Shown here one piece after another: positions 26,666 through 40,784 of a stretch of DNA of 64,000 nucleotides (position 1 is its first letter; each line of letters begins with the position of its first letter). The stretch lies in the NCBI GenBank assembly GCA_951406725.2, contig OX597820.1, forward strand, positions 67,580,001 through 67,644,000, written 5' to 3'. Under the pieces are notes generated by a model that was not told the DNA's origin, made no database searches, and worked only from the letters and a program-made list of their open reading frames with translations. This DNA is from Octopus vulgaris. Lineage: Eukaryota. Position numbers and translations under genes: made by a program.

Positions 26666-29529
26666 ATAAATATCTTTTTGTTCACTAAATAGGAAAATGG
26701 ATTCTTATTTTTGTTTCAAATATCTTCTGTTTCATAAGTTACTACTTGACTCTCCTAATAGGAACAGCAGGATTAATATATATGTTCTGCACTGATTCCC
26801 ATATCGTTTTGAATCAGTGAGGCACTATCATATACGTAGTATTATGCAAATACACCTCCTAGATTAGCTGGGATACGTTACCAGTGATGTAATCAAAAGG
26901 TGTCATTTACTTCGAGTCTTCCTTCATTGGGCACTTTCACTTAAGCCATCCAACTAGAATTGCTCAGGCTCTAACTGGTATCCCAGGAGCCTCCATCAAT
27001 GGCTCTGTCTTCTTAATTCAAAGCCATTTTCTGGCTCTTTCAGCGGATTCACTCTCAGTTTGAACAACAGTATTCATTACCTCTGCTATAAAACCCAAAC
27101 GGTCGAGGACTTTGCAGTGTGAGTCTTCTGTAAATTCTCCTTAGTCCAGCTTTAGGATCTCATATTATGTACTCCACCTTCAAGCACCGACGCGTCTCTG
27201 GTTCAGTAAATGTTGTATATCTCATCGCTCTCAAATGGACGTACACTCTACACTACACACTAGCGAAAAATTAGCCTCAAACATATTTGAACTGATAACA
27301 AGTTTGTATCTATATCCATCACTGCTTAGCGCTGTCACGCCGTCATTGAACGATGATGGGAATATCATAAGAGGGATTTGTCTCTCGTGTCAGTTTGGAG
27401 CGTTTGCCTTTCCAGTCTCTGTTGCGGAAGAGGAATAAACACACACACACACACACACACACAAGCACAAAAAATATCTCATTGAACATTGGATTATTGG
27501 ATTATTAACTTATAGATGATAATCCAGCTTTCCGTCCACGTGGTCACTGCATATTTACATGCCAATCAAAGAATATATTCTGTGTATACAAAGCCTTCTC
27601 TTTCCCTGTTTATTTGTTTTGTTTTTCTCTTGAGCAAAAGAAATAGATTTTTAACCCAGTGTGCAGTAAATGTAAACCGTCTACCTGCACCAATTTCAAG
27701 AGTTATGTGCGTCGGATCTGCACGATATATATTTATAATGTCCTTTAGTTCTTCGTTCGATGCATCGTAATATCAAAAAAAATCATAACCAAATAGAATC
27801 ACAAGTCACATGACTTTTGATAAAACAAACAAAAAAATTCTACAAAGTCTTTTTTGGAATTGTGGATCTGGAAGCACATAAAGATAAAAATAATGGCATG
27901 AAACTATTAATTGGAAACCTTTCTGGATTGAAAAAGTCGAAAGCTTCCGTGGGACACGAACCTACGTCACCAGTAGACATGACAGTTGTTCTATCAAAAA
28001 AGGGTTATTTCATGTTCTCTTGAAAGTATATAAATTCTTCAGACGCCTTTGATAGTCATTTAGATGGGAAATCGTTTCGAAAGTTATTATTGCGAAACTC
28101 AAACTATGATTTAAGGGAGATTTGATTTTGTTTATATCACGTCGAGTAGTCACACTTCATTTGTTGTTCCGTCTTCTATGACAGTTGTTTAGCCCCAGGA
28201 CAACTCCAAACAAGCAGGCCTGTCATCAAAATGCTTTACCGTATTTTCGAATATATGAGGAGTTATTAACCAATGAATTCTTAAACTCTTTAGGTGACAA
28301 GGTGCGATTTGGGAGTTGTTTCTAGCATTTTGCGTAACCACGCAGAATCACCTGCGCATACAAAATCATCATGGCTACTAATTGGAAAATGTGTATTTGA
28401 CAAGTTGCTTTGGCCAATATATCCCTACACCCCTACCTATGAATAAACTCTACTACTGGCAGTTATTTTATCGGCTTACGAGGAACATACATCCCCGTTC
28501 ACCTTACTCGATCATATTTTGCTTAGTCACCGTGCATTTTAACCTAAAGGGAGTTTTGGTATTACTAAAGAATTTGACATCTTATCGATTGTAGCAGCAT
28601 TCGTTACTTATCGTTTGTAGTAACTCACGTTTGGACGAGAAGGCGGAGTTTAATATTCAGTGTCCAGCCGTTATTAATGTTGTTGTGTAACCCCACTTTA
28701 CTCTGCTGGAAATTGACCTATGGCTGAAAGCTAGCTGACAGAAGAACTTAGTTTGTAGTAACCCATAAATACAACAAATCGGTGCGGTACTGAGCTTATG
28801 GAGACACATTTTGGGCCATTACGCATAAACGATGTTGTTGGCTCATTAAACACCATGGTGATGATGATGATGATAAGGAGGAGGAGGAGAATAAATGTGA
28901 AAGTGATAAGAGAATAAATGTGAAAGTGAGACAGAAGGAATACACAAAAGGAAAAAGCAGTGAGGGGAAAGAAATCGTAGCAAGGATCTAGAGAGAAGAC
29001 TGTTGTGGGGTGGAGCTAATATTTTCCGGCAATACATCCATGTATTTAGCAAGTAAGAAACTGGCCAGGTTTGTTGGTTATGTGGAGAATATAATTCTTA
29101 GTCGCCCTAAGATACAACGATACAGTTTAAAATGAACGAATTGACCGACTCTGTAGCTAAGGTAATTAGCTGGTGTTGAGCTTGCAGGGAAAAAGAGAAG
29201 GACTGAGTATGCCATTTAATAACTAAGGAATTAGTCAGGTGCCCTGGAAACGGACGGTGGGTTATTTAGGTAGATTAACAACGCTAATGAATTAATAGAC
29301 TTTTTTTTTACCTTCAGGTGGATTTGACATGACATGATGTGACACTTTGTAATTGATCCGTTAAACACTGTAGGATATACACCACAGACCCGCCTCGTTT
29401 TACTGCAGGAATATATAATGTAATAAAAATATACTTAACACAATGGTGACACATGCATTTATGCAACCATCTAGAAATACATTGACCTTAAGAAACACAC
29501 ACACACGCACGCGTATCTTTATATACATG

Positions 29530-29597
<68 letters not shown>

Positions 29598-29653
29598 TGA
29601 TATATGTGTATGTATATATGTATGCGTGTGCATATATATGTATATATATATAC

Positions 29654-29694
<41 letters not shown>

Positions 29695-30010
29695 TATATA
29701 TATATATGATTGAATGGTCGCGGAGGTTGTAACGTAATTATGGAAATAGATATTTCGTTGTTCTTATCCATGTCTACATGCATGATGTTTAGTTTGTCGT
29801 CCACACATCGTTTAAACAATTATAAGGCATGGAATAAATGTAATACCAGCTATTTACATTCATATATCCATATTATGACTGAAACGAAATAAATACACGC
29901 AACGCTAAACATCCGAGCACAAACATCTTCATCTAAGTAAGACTGTAAACGAAATATATATTGAAGTAAAACTAAACAAAGAAACTCTATATAACTTATG
30001 TCACAGTATT

Positions 30011-30405
30011 ATTTTCTACTCTAGGCACAAGGCCCCGAAATTTTTGGAGAGGGGGCCAGTCGATTAGATCGACCCCAGCACGCAACTGGTACTTATTTAA
30101 TCGACCCCGAAAGGATAAAAGGTAAAGTCGACCTCGGCGGAATTTGAAGTCAGAACGTAAAGACAGATGAAATACCTATTTCTTTACTACCCACAAGGGG
30201 CTAAACACAGAGGACAAACAAGGACAGACAAGCGGATCAAGTCGATTATATCGACCCCAGTGCGTAACTGGTACTTAATTTACCGACCCCGAAAGGATGA
30301 AAGGCAAAGTCGACCTCGGCGGAATTTGAACTCAGAACGTAGCGGCAGATGAAATACCGCTAAGCATTTCACCCGGCGTGCTAATGTTTCTGACAGCTCT
30401 CCGCC
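30011..30405 (-). mobile_element. SINE family B heterodimer with about 15-bp TSD
   Basis: Two B bodies, tail-1 and tail-2, junction gaaataggtattt. TSD ttat(gt/ac)cacagtatt at 29996-30010 and 30406-30420. Confidence 0.93.
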
Positions 30406-30635
30406 TTATACCACAGTATTGCAGCTGTTTACTGGCCTTAAGTGAACTCACTGTTTGATAGATAAGTGTCTTGCGCATGCACAAGAGTGAGTGCCGGTGC
30501 TAAGGTATAAACTAATCACTCCTCCACTGGTGTTTAACTTGATGGTGCTCTGCTGATTTGTCAGTAAATCTATAAAATATATGTATATATATATACTGTC
30601 TGCCTGCCTGCCTGTCTGCCTGCCTGCCTGCCTGT

Positions 30636-30672
<37 letters not shown>

Positions 30673-31131
30673 TGTCTGTCTGTCTGTCTCTCTTCCTACA
30701 CTCTTTCTTTATGTATAAAGTTGTAGTGACCTCTCAGTCAACTGCTTCTATACGATGAATTAAGACGCGTCTTGTGAAGTTAACACGCACGCACACATAT
30801 ACATGTGTGTGTATATATATATATATATATCCACACTCACACACATTCATGATGTTTGTATGACAACACAGAAACCCAAATATTTTTGTATGCACAGTTC
30901 AATTACAACTGCATCACGCGTCGATGTCCAATAAATTCCATGTTGTTTCTTCATGTTTCTGTCGATGAGACTAATGTTTGTTATTTCCTTTGCAAACTTT
31001 GAATGAATAACATTCATGTTTGTAACGCTTTTCTATTTTGATTAATTTGCAGTTTGTTAAATTAATGAAGTATATTTAAGACTTCTCGATTTCACGATGC
31101 AGTTATCAAATATTTGTTATTACTTCGTTCC

Positions 31132-31166
<35 letters not shown>

Positions 31167-31374
31167 ATTCTCAAAACACCAATACAAACATACAATGCAA
31201 TATTTAGAACAACCTTCATACGATTTATATGTATTTGTATGTTGTTTTTCATAACAACGAACTGGTCTGTACACAGTTGCTAGGGCTGCCAGAAACAACA
31301 ACCAAACCTCTTTCTTATCATACTGAACGTTTTATAAAGAAGAATAATGTTGTCGTAGATATAAAAAAAAATAG

Positions 31375-31530
31375 CCATGGTGTTATAGTTTGGAACATGG
31401 ATAAGAAGCTCACTTTGTAACCACGTGGTGTCGGGTTCAGTTCCACTGCACGGTATTTTGAGCTCCGGGCTAACTAATGTTTTGTGAGTGAATTTGGTCG
31501 ACGGAATTTAGTGTGAAGGCCTGCAATATA
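31375..31530 (+). mobile_element. Diverged SINE A 5' half
   Basis: cgggttcagttccactgcacgg..tgtgagtgaatttggtcgacggaa followed by TA. Confidence 0.65.
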
Positions 31531-31550
31531 TATATATATATATCTATCTA

Positions 31551-31589
<39 letters not shown>

Positions 31590-31685
31590 CTCTAATTTAA
31601 TATAATATATATATATATATCAATAATAGTAGAGAATATAAAATTCCAAACTTACAGAGAAAAATTCAATTTAGCAATTCGCTAA

Positions 31686-31941
31686 TATATGTATTTAATT
31701 AAGGGAAATAACCTCTATTAAGTAATTCAATTGATAGTGAAAGATATTATCTATATTAAATCATATAGAAAAAATTTAAATATATTATAATAAATATTAT
31801 TATAAAAAAAATCACAAAATTTTTAGAATAATGTTTATTATAATATATTTAAATTTTTCTATATTACTTAATATAGATAACATCTTCCACTATCAATTAA
31901 TTTACTTAATAGAAGTTATTCCTCTTAATTATATACATATA
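31686..31941. repeat. Long AT-rich inverted repeat (about 120-bp arms)
   Basis: atatgtatttaattaagggaaataacctctattaagtaa..gatagtg / cactatc..ttacttaatagaagttattcctcttaattatatacatat. Confidence 0.88.
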
Positions 31942-32124
31942 CATATATATATAATTATTATTTGAGGGAATAAAATCCAAAATTACAAGGAAAAAGAATT
32001 CAATTTAGAAATACTAAATCAAATTCCAAAATATAATATATATAAAATATTAGAAAGAAAAAAACCTTTTATCAATTCAAAATGAATAATTAAATTACAC
32101 CATCTAGAAAATTACATAAATAGA

Positions 32125-32486
32125 AAAGTTGACCGTAGCAGAATTTGAACTCAGAACGGAAAATCGGAAAGAATGTCGTTAAACATTCTGTCCGGCGCGG
32201 TAACGGTTCTGCCAGCTCACCGTCTCAGTAACCACTGTTGTATAGCTGATATCTCATCATTTATAATATTGATAATAATAATGGTTTCGAATTTTGCCAC
32301 AAGGGCAGACATTTTAAGGGAGTGGATGAATCGATTACATCGATCCCAGTGTTCAACTGGTACTTATTTTATTGACCCCCTCAAGGATAAAAGGTAAAGT
32401 CAACCTCGGCGGAATTTGAACTCAGAACGAAGCGACGGGCGAAATACCGCTAAGCATTTCGTCCAGCGTGCTAACGATTCTGCCAA
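32125..32486 (-). mobile_element. Two SINE B fragments/monomers (32125-32225, 32283-32486)
   Basis: gaatttgaactcagaacg B-box segment and ctaacg.ttctgcca head in each. Confidence 0.85.
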
Positions 32487-32527
<41 letters not shown>

Positions 32528-32528
<1 letters not shown>

Positions 32529-32919
32529 CCTTTGTACTATAGGCGAAAGGCCTGAAATTTGGGGGAGGGGGATAGTCGATTACATCGACACCAGTGTTTC
32601 ACTGGTTGTTAATTTATCGACCGCGAAAGGATGAAAGGCAAAGTCAACCTCGGCGGAATTTGAACTCAGAACGTAGTGACGGGCGAAATACCTATTTCTT
32701 TACTACCCACAAAGAGCTAAACACACAGAAGACAAACAAGGACAGACAAACGGATTAAGTCGATTACATCGACCCCAGTGTGTAACTGGTACTTATTTAA
32801 ATGACCCCGAAAGGATGAAAGGCAAAGTCGGCGGAATTTGAACTCAGAACGTAACGGCAGACAAAATACCGCTAAGCATTTCGCCCGGCGTGCTAACGGT
32901 TCTGCCAGCTCGCCGCCTT
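32528..32919 (-). mobile_element. SINE family B heterodimer
   Basis: Same two-unit structure and junction (cgaaatacctatttctttactaccc) as 30011-30405. Confidence 0.92.
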
Positions 32920-32929
32920 TTAATAATAT

Positions 32930-33130
32930 TTACTCTTTTACTTTTTTACTTGTTTCAGTCATTTGACTGTGCCCATGGTGGAGCACCACCTTTAGTCGAG
33001 CAAATCGACCCCAGGACTTATTCTTTGTAAGCCTAGTACTTATTCTATCGGTGTCTTTTGCTGAACCGCTAAGTTACGGTAATGTATAGACAGCAACATC
33101 GGTTGTCAAGCGATGGTGGGAGGACAAACA

Positions 33131-33192
<62 letters not shown>

Positions 33193-33358
33193 CGACGGGC
33201 TTCTTTCAGTTTCCGTCTTCCAAATCCACTCACAAGGCTTTGGTCGGCCCGAAGCTATAGTAGAAAACGCTTGCCCAAGGTGCCACACAGTGGGACTTAA
33301 CCCGCGACTATGTGGTTCGTAAGCAAGCTACTTACCACACAGCCTCTCCTACGCCTAT
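32930..33358 (-). mobile_element. SINE family A, full length
   Basis: Reverse complement of family A; internal tract here mostly (CA)n. Confidence 0.94.
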
Positions 33359-33880
33359 AATAATAAAAAATATAATATTAACTTTTTTTTTTACACAACG
33401 AATTGCTGTGAAGGTTCACCCGATTAAAACAGGAACCAAAGGGATCGATAGGTGAAAAATATGGTTGGGAACCCCTGATGTAGAACAAGTCCCAATTGCT
33501 GAATTATTGATTGAAATAATCTTACAGATTACAACAAGGACAACGAACATTGATGACGACGACGGCGATCAAGATGACGACGACGATGATGATGATAATG
33601 ATGATGATAAGGGTGATGATGATGATGAGGACGATGATGTTGATAATGATGATGCTGATGAGAATTCGAAACTATTGCTACTAGCATTTTCAATAAGGGT
33701 TGAGGACGAGTAAGACGATCATGATGAAAATGATACGGATATTCAAGGTGATGATAACAATGATGAGGTTGCTGGCAATGCAACTGATAATGATGTTGTA
33801 ATTATAAGGATGGTGAAATGGAGATGGTGAAGATAATGATGAAGATGACAATGACAATAACTATTATTAATGTAATATGT

Positions 33881-34080
33881 AAGGCGACGAGCTGGCAGAA
33901 ACGGTTAAAAATCAGGTGGAAAAGCTTAGCGGTATTTCACCCGTTGCTACGTTCCGAGTTCAAATTCCACCGAGGTCAACTTTTCCTTTCATCCTTTCGG
34001 GTTCGATAAATTAAGTACCAGTTTAATTGACTAGACCCCTCCCTCACAATTTCAGGCCTTGTACCTATAGCAGAAGAGAT
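33881..34080 (+). mobile_element. SINE family B monomer with tail-2
   Basis: aaggcgacgagctggcagaa head; tail cccctccctcacaatttcaggccttgtacctatagcagaagagat. Confidence 0.88.
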
Positions 34081-34102
34081 TATTAATATTTTTATTATTA
34101 AA

Positions 34103-34450
34103 ATAGGCGCAGGAGTGGCTGTGTGCTAAGTAGCTTGCTTACCAATCACATGATTCCAGGTCCAGTCCCAATGCGTGGCACCTTGGGTAAGTGTCTTCTA
34201 ACTATAGCCTCGGGCCGACTAAAGTCTTGTGAGTAGATTTGGTGGACGGAAACTGAAAGAAGCACGTCGTATATATATATATATATATATGTATGTTTGT
34301 GTGTCTGTGTTTGTGCCCCGCAACATCGCTTGACAAACGATAGATTAAGTACTAGGCTTACAAAGAATAAGTCCTAGGGTCGATTTGCTCGACTAAAGGC
34401 GGTGCTCCAGCATGGCCACAGTCAAATGACTGAAACAAGTAAAAGAGTAA
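34103..34450 (+). mobile_element. SINE family A with about 50-bp internal deletion
   Basis: gacaaacga|tagattaagtac joins two accga-like microhomologies of the consensus. Confidence 0.92.
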
Positions 34451-35020
34451 AGATGATGATGATGATGATGATGATGATGGTGGTGCTAGTGGTAGTGGTG
34501 GTGACGATGATGATGGTGGTGCTAATGTTGTTGTTGTTGGTGGTGATGATGATGCTGATGACGACGACACCGGCGATGAACCGCCGACGCCGACGCTGAT
34601 GTCGACGATTATACTGAACGATAATGATGAATGAAGGTGTTAGCGGCGGCAGTGGAAGTCGTAGTCATGTTGGTGACGAAGATGAACGATGACAACGGTA
34701 GTAATGATGATAACGACGTCTATGGCGATGAATAATGATTATGATAACAAATGGTGATAGTGATGTATCTGACAGTAATGCAGGAACGAATAACATTAAG
34801 TCGATTATCTACCATTTTTGCTTAAATTTTATTGTTTTTACCCCTTCACCGCCACCATTTTCGCTCGCTCTTTTCTTTTCGCTCTTACCCAGTTTCTGTG
34901 TTTATACCCCGAGATACATCTTTATTCATGAAATTCCTCTGTTCAATAAAAAATTTTTGCATTTTCACCTGAAGTGTAAATTCACAAATTCACTACTCAC
35001 TATCAATACCTTTCACACAA

Positions 35021-35078
<58 letters not shown>

Positions 35079-35192
35079 GCAAATATGTGTGTGTCTGTGT
35101 ATGTATGTGTGTATACATGTATACATGCATACACGCACACACATATTTATATGCATATATATATATATATATATGTGCATACAAATCTATAC

Positions 35193-35267
<75 letters not shown>

Positions 35268-35901
35268 CATATATCTCTCTCTATATATATATACCTGTAT
35301 ACACGCATACATACACACATATATATGTACGTTTGTGTGTGTGCTTTCATATATATATATATACGTGTGTATATATATATATATGTATAGGTATATGTAC
35401 ACCGTCAAACGATTGTATGTCAATATGTAGGTTTTACTTTGCCTTTTTTTTCCCTTTGTTTTCTTTAGCTCTTTTTGTTTTGTATTCAAAGCTTTCCCTT
35501 TTAGTTTCGTTCTTTTTTTTATTATTATTCTATTGCTTTGATTTCAAAATGTTTATTTTCTGCATGCGCGCGCGTGTGTGTTTGTGTATGTGTGTTTGTG
35601 TGTGTGTGTGTGTGCTTACTTGCATGCTTGGGCTTACTTTTACAGTTTGTCAATTAACATAGCCTGCAACTATACCGTACCGTTGTTTGTTCTACTTCAG
35701 CTTGGCTCCAACTCCAACTATTTTTACTGTTTTAATGCTTGGTTGTTTTTGCTGTGACGTAGTTTTCCTCTCAAATCATCAAGGTTTAATCTACTTAAGT
35801 TGGTTTAGTTTTCCAAACTATTTTCCATCAAAACTCTCTTTTCTGCTCATTGTAATATAGATAGACTTTTACTTTCTTTCTCAATCATTGCTATCATTGG
35901 G

Positions 35902-35973
<72 letters not shown>

Positions 35974-36327
35974 TTATTTAAAAAAAATAAATTTATTCTG
36001 TGTTGTTTCACATTGGTGGCTCGTTGTTTCGAAACTAACTTAACAAATTAAAACAGCATTCCTCCTCACCACAAAGAAAAAACAAAATCTCCAAATAAAC
36101 TTTACCTATTACCGTGCCTGTAAGTCTTATTTACTGTCTACAAGGTGTTACATAAAAGAATATTTAAAAAATCTTACATATATACACAGACATACATTCA
36201 TACGTACATACATAAATATACGCGTAACATAATATAAACACAAATATTGTTATATTAGATTTGATTAATGTAATTCCACCATCATCACGATAAACTCCCT
36301 TAACATTATCAGTCCTGTATCGTATAC

Positions 36328-36523
36328 CAGTGTTTCGCAATCTTTTATCACTTGCGGTACACTTATGTTCTTTTCAAAATTCGGCGGCACAGATGAACTA
36401 AAAATATCACTAAAAGTATAGGCAAAAAAAAAGAAGAGAATTATATTCAGGTTACACAGCGGCGCACCTAGTATCGTCTCGTGGCACATCAGTGTGCCGC
36501 TGTGTATCGGTTATGGAGCACTG
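36328..36523. mobile_element. hAT-type MITE with perfect 8-bp TSD
   Basis: Ends CAGTGTTTCGCAA / TTATGGAGCACTG; TSD tcgtatac at 36320-36327 and 36524-36531. Confidence 0.85.
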
Positions 36524-36580
36524 TCGTATACTCAGCACACTAGCTATTGGTTCATTGATAGCATGTCAAAAAAGGATACT

Positions 36581-36661
<81 letters not shown>

Positions 36662-36668
36662 GTATATA

Positions 36669-36781
36669 TTGGGTTCAGTCCCAATGCATGCCACCTTCGA
36701 CAAGTGTCTTTTACTATAGCCTCGGGACGACCAAAGCCTTGTGAGTAGATTTGGTTGGTGGAAACTGAAAGAAGCCCGTCG

Positions 36782-36870
<89 letters not shown>

Positions 36871-37020
36871 GTGTGTCTGTGTTTGACCCCTACCATTGCT
36901 TGACAACCGATGTTGGTGTGTTTATATCCCCGCAACTTAGCAGTTAGGCAAAAGAGACCGATAAGATAAGTACTAGGCTTACAAAGAATAAGTCCTGGAG
37001 CCGGTTTGTTCGACTAAAGG
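36669..37020 (+). mobile_element. SINE family A, truncated at both ends
   Basis: From the B box gggttcagtccc to cgactaaagg. Confidence 0.9.
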
Positions 37021-37044
37021 CTGTCAATAAAAGAATAAAAAATA

Positions 37045-37121
<77 letters not shown>

Positions 37122-37164
37122 ACCGTAATGGTTTAAATCAGTAGCGTTAATCCTACTTCTATCT

Positions 37165-37566
37165 TTTGTCTTTTATGTGCTTCAGTCATTGGATTGCAAC
37201 CATCCTGGGGTATAGCCTTAAAGAGTTTAGTCGAACAATTTCATACCAGTACTTGTTTTTAAGTTTAGAACTTATCCTGTTGGTCTCCGTTGGCAAACGG
37301 CTATATTACGTGGATATATACAAACCAACACCTGTTGCCTACCGTTGATGATGGAAAAACACAGCATAATGACACACGCATATACAAGTTATATATACAC
37401 ACACACACAACTATATGTATACACGACAGGCTTCTGTTCAATTTCCGTCTACCAAATTCCTTCACAAAGCACTGGTATGTTTGGGTCTATATGTATTGCG
37501 CAGTGGAACTGAACTTGAAACCACGTGGTTGCAAAACGAGTTTCTTAACCATACAGCCATTCCTGC
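37165..37566 (-). mobile_element. Old diverged SINE A
   Basis: ttcagtcattggattgcaaccatcctgggg..tttccgtctaccaaattcc..ccatacagccattcctgc. Confidence 0.75.
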
Positions 37567-37639
37567 AAATTTAATTTATATATCTTAACCAGGGACATGC
37601 CTTATTAATATAATATTAGTACATTTAGTAATAAATTCT

Positions 37640-37740
37640 TTATGTAATCGACTTAATCCCTTTGTCTGTCCTTGTTTGTCCCTTCTGTGTTTAGCCCCTT
37701 GTGGGTAGTAAAGAAAAAAGTATTTCGTCTATTTTTACGT
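37640..37740 (+). mobile_element. SINE B dimer junction fragment (tail-1 plus gtatttcgtct)
   Basis: taatcgacttaatccctttgtctgtccttg..gtgggtagtaaagaaaaaagtatttcgtct. Confidence 0.85.
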
Positions 37741-38377
37741 AGAAAAAAAAAAGAAAATGCTTATGCCAGGTCATAATATCAAAAATAAAATTTGATGACT
37801 TTTAAGACATTTTTCTTTAAATATAAACATCTTAAGAACATTTCTTCAGCTTAAGATGAAATTTATTGTACAGATACCAATATATCTAGATCTGTATGTA
37901 ATTAACTATTTGATATAAACGACAGAAAGTTAATTGTAGAAGGCTGATGGTTTGCTGGTCCGGAAATGGGTGACTTCATTTTCCATTAACAACTAGAGTT
38001 ATGTGTAATTCAGAAATGTGCCATCCGTTTTTCTTCCAAGGCGCACAATTTCTCTGTCGAACATCCTGTTAGTCATAAGACTGTATATTCTAATACCTTC
38101 TTTCTTCGAACTGTTGCTGTATAGAAGTCATTACCCTCGTCTTGTTTTCCTCTGGTCTTAAAGGCATTCTATCAATCAGCGTCTTTAGTCTATTATTCTA
38201 CAGTGGCCTCAAGCTTAACAATTAACACACACATACACACACATATATATAGGCGAGCACCAACATCTTGTGGCTCGCTCAAACAATTGTGAGGAGCTTT
38301 TTTGCATGAAAGCACTGGTAGCCTTGTTAAGCCACACACACATATATACTGAAAATAATCAAGACGTAGGAGTGGCT

Positions 38378-38544
38378 ATAGGCGCAGGAGAGACTGTGTG
38401 GTAAGAAGCTTGCTTCCCAACCACATGGTTCCAGGTTCATCCCCACTACGTGGCACCTTGGGCAAGTGTCTTCTACTATTGCCTTAGGGCCGACCAAAGC
38501 CTTGTGAATGGATTTGGTAGACGGAAACTGAAAAAAATCCCACC

Positions 38545-38614
<70 letters not shown>

Positions 38615-38815
38615 CTGTGTTTGTCCCACCACCATCGCTTGACAACCGATGCTGGTGTGTTTACGTTCCCGTAACTTAGCGGTTCGGCGAAAAGGACCGA
38701 TGGAATAAGTACTAGGCTTACAAAGAATAAGTCCTGGGGTCGATTTGCTCGACTAAAGGCGGTGCTCCAGCATGGCCGCAATCAAATGACTGAAACAATT
38801 AAAAGAATAAGAAAA
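38378..38815 (+). mobile_element. SINE family A, full length
   Basis: Complete head and tail; preceded by a 17-bp partial head duplicate aagacgtaggagtggct. Confidence 0.94.
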
Positions 38816-39270
38816 GGTATTCGTACTAACATTAAAATTCTTTTACGTTATATTCATATTAAAGAAAATACCGAAAATACCATAAATTTCTAACGGTACC
38901 AACTCCGCAGAAAGCTGCTCAATTTTGTTCAGATGACATTCTTCTCAAAGACAGTTGGACGCAGGAGGTAACTGAATAACAATTTATATTGTATTTCTAC
39001 AACTCATATCGGTATTAACATGAGCAGAAAGATAAAAACGAATACAAATATTGGCCAAATGATAACATCATTCTTTCACACTCTATGCGCATTTATTAAA
39101 GAATCGTAATAATACTAATAAACTAATTGGCTTCGAACTAATTGGAAAATTATGAAAAGACTACCGACACCTAATCGGTCGGAGATAATGAATGCTCGGT
39201 CAACAGTATCTTTACTATTACTGTTTTTTCTTTCTTTTTTTGCATATATGTATACTGATGTGTGTGTATA

Positions 39271-39428
<158 letters not shown>

Positions 39429-39725
39429 CACATACGTATATATATATACACACACACACACACACATAATACGTGCATATGTGATTAGAAACGGCTATTG
39501 TTCATTCGTCTTGGTGACGTTTAATGAGATGAAGTCTATAGTTTGCCAAACCTATCGGTCACACGAATATACCTGAGTGCTAATATTTTGATATAGCAAT
39601 AACTTTCTAACGCAGATAATTGTCACCCATCTTGTCACTTTTTTTTCAATGATTTATCAGTGTTTTAATTGTATACAAATTGTCGTCTATTTGTAAAGCT
39701 AGTCGCTTGCTGACTCCAACAATAC

Positions 39726-39806
39726 TCTTCTTCTTCTTCTTCTTCTTCTTCTTCTTCTTCTTCTTCTTCTTCTTCTTCTTCTTCTTCTTCTTCTTCTTCT
39801 TCTTCT
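39726..39806. repeat. (TTC)n microsatellite
   Basis: Direct reading. Confidence 0.97.
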
Positions 39807-40684
39807 TTTTTTTTTTCCCCATCCTCCTCCTCCTTCTTCTTCTCATCCATTCCTTTATTAGATGTCTTACTGCCACTATACACAGCTTACTTGCTATTAT
39901 ATAAAGTTACTAATTAAAATATTACTTTAGGCATTTTTCATTTAAAAATCGCATTCAGCTTATTATTTTCCGTTATTATTTGTTGATATCGTTGTTGAGA
40001 GCAGATCCATACAGATTTCATTTCAACCGTCATTGTCACATTTCTTTCTCTTTTTCTTCTTTTCTCTCTCTATCTTTGTTTCCTTATACCTCCATTTCTT
40101 TCTTCCCCTCCCTTGTCTCAACTTCTCCTCCCCATAACCGAAAGTTTATATGTGTAGTAGCTGTTTACACGTATTACCTTCATTTACAACCATTTTCTCC
40201 AATCAATTTTAGCAATTACCGCTCATGCTACATTCTGTTACTCAGTAACAAATGTCTTATTTCTAAAGGCTTTATCAGAATAGAAAAACAGCAACGGAAA
40301 CAACAAAGAAAATTGGCTGGAATATGTACGTACAGTTAGTAACAAACATCCCTTGCAATCTTTATCCCAATACCATGCAATAAACATTGCGATCACTCAA
40401 TTCGTCAATATTTTGCCATAATCAGTCTGTAGGCATTTTTGCAACAATTTTTTATTTTTAAAATAAAATTTGAAATTTTATCATTTTACTTATTAACAAT
40501 TGTAAAATCAAATTAGAGGACATTAATTTAAATATGGCGACGGAAACCTCGTGTTGAATAAAAGCATAAAACATATGAAGGGATTTCGAATTAATAATGT
40601 TTTTATTTTTATTGCGCATTACATTATACTATTCGGCTGGTTAAATGGAAGTTGTGAATTGCATGTTTTCCCAAAGTAATAAGG

Positions 40685-40784
40685 NNNNNNNNNNNNNNNN
40701 NNNNNNNNNNNNNNNNNNNNNNNNNNNNNNNNNNNNNNNNNNNNNNNNNNNNNNNNNNNNNNNNNNNNNNNNNNNNNNNNNNNN
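40685..40784. other. Assembly gap (100 N)
   Basis: N run; aaagtaataagg is present on both sides. Confidence 0.99.

Noticed and set aside
26780-27230. Possible RTE-X LINE fragment on the minus strand
   Set aside because: Only a vague motif resemblance; cannot be supported without an HMM search.
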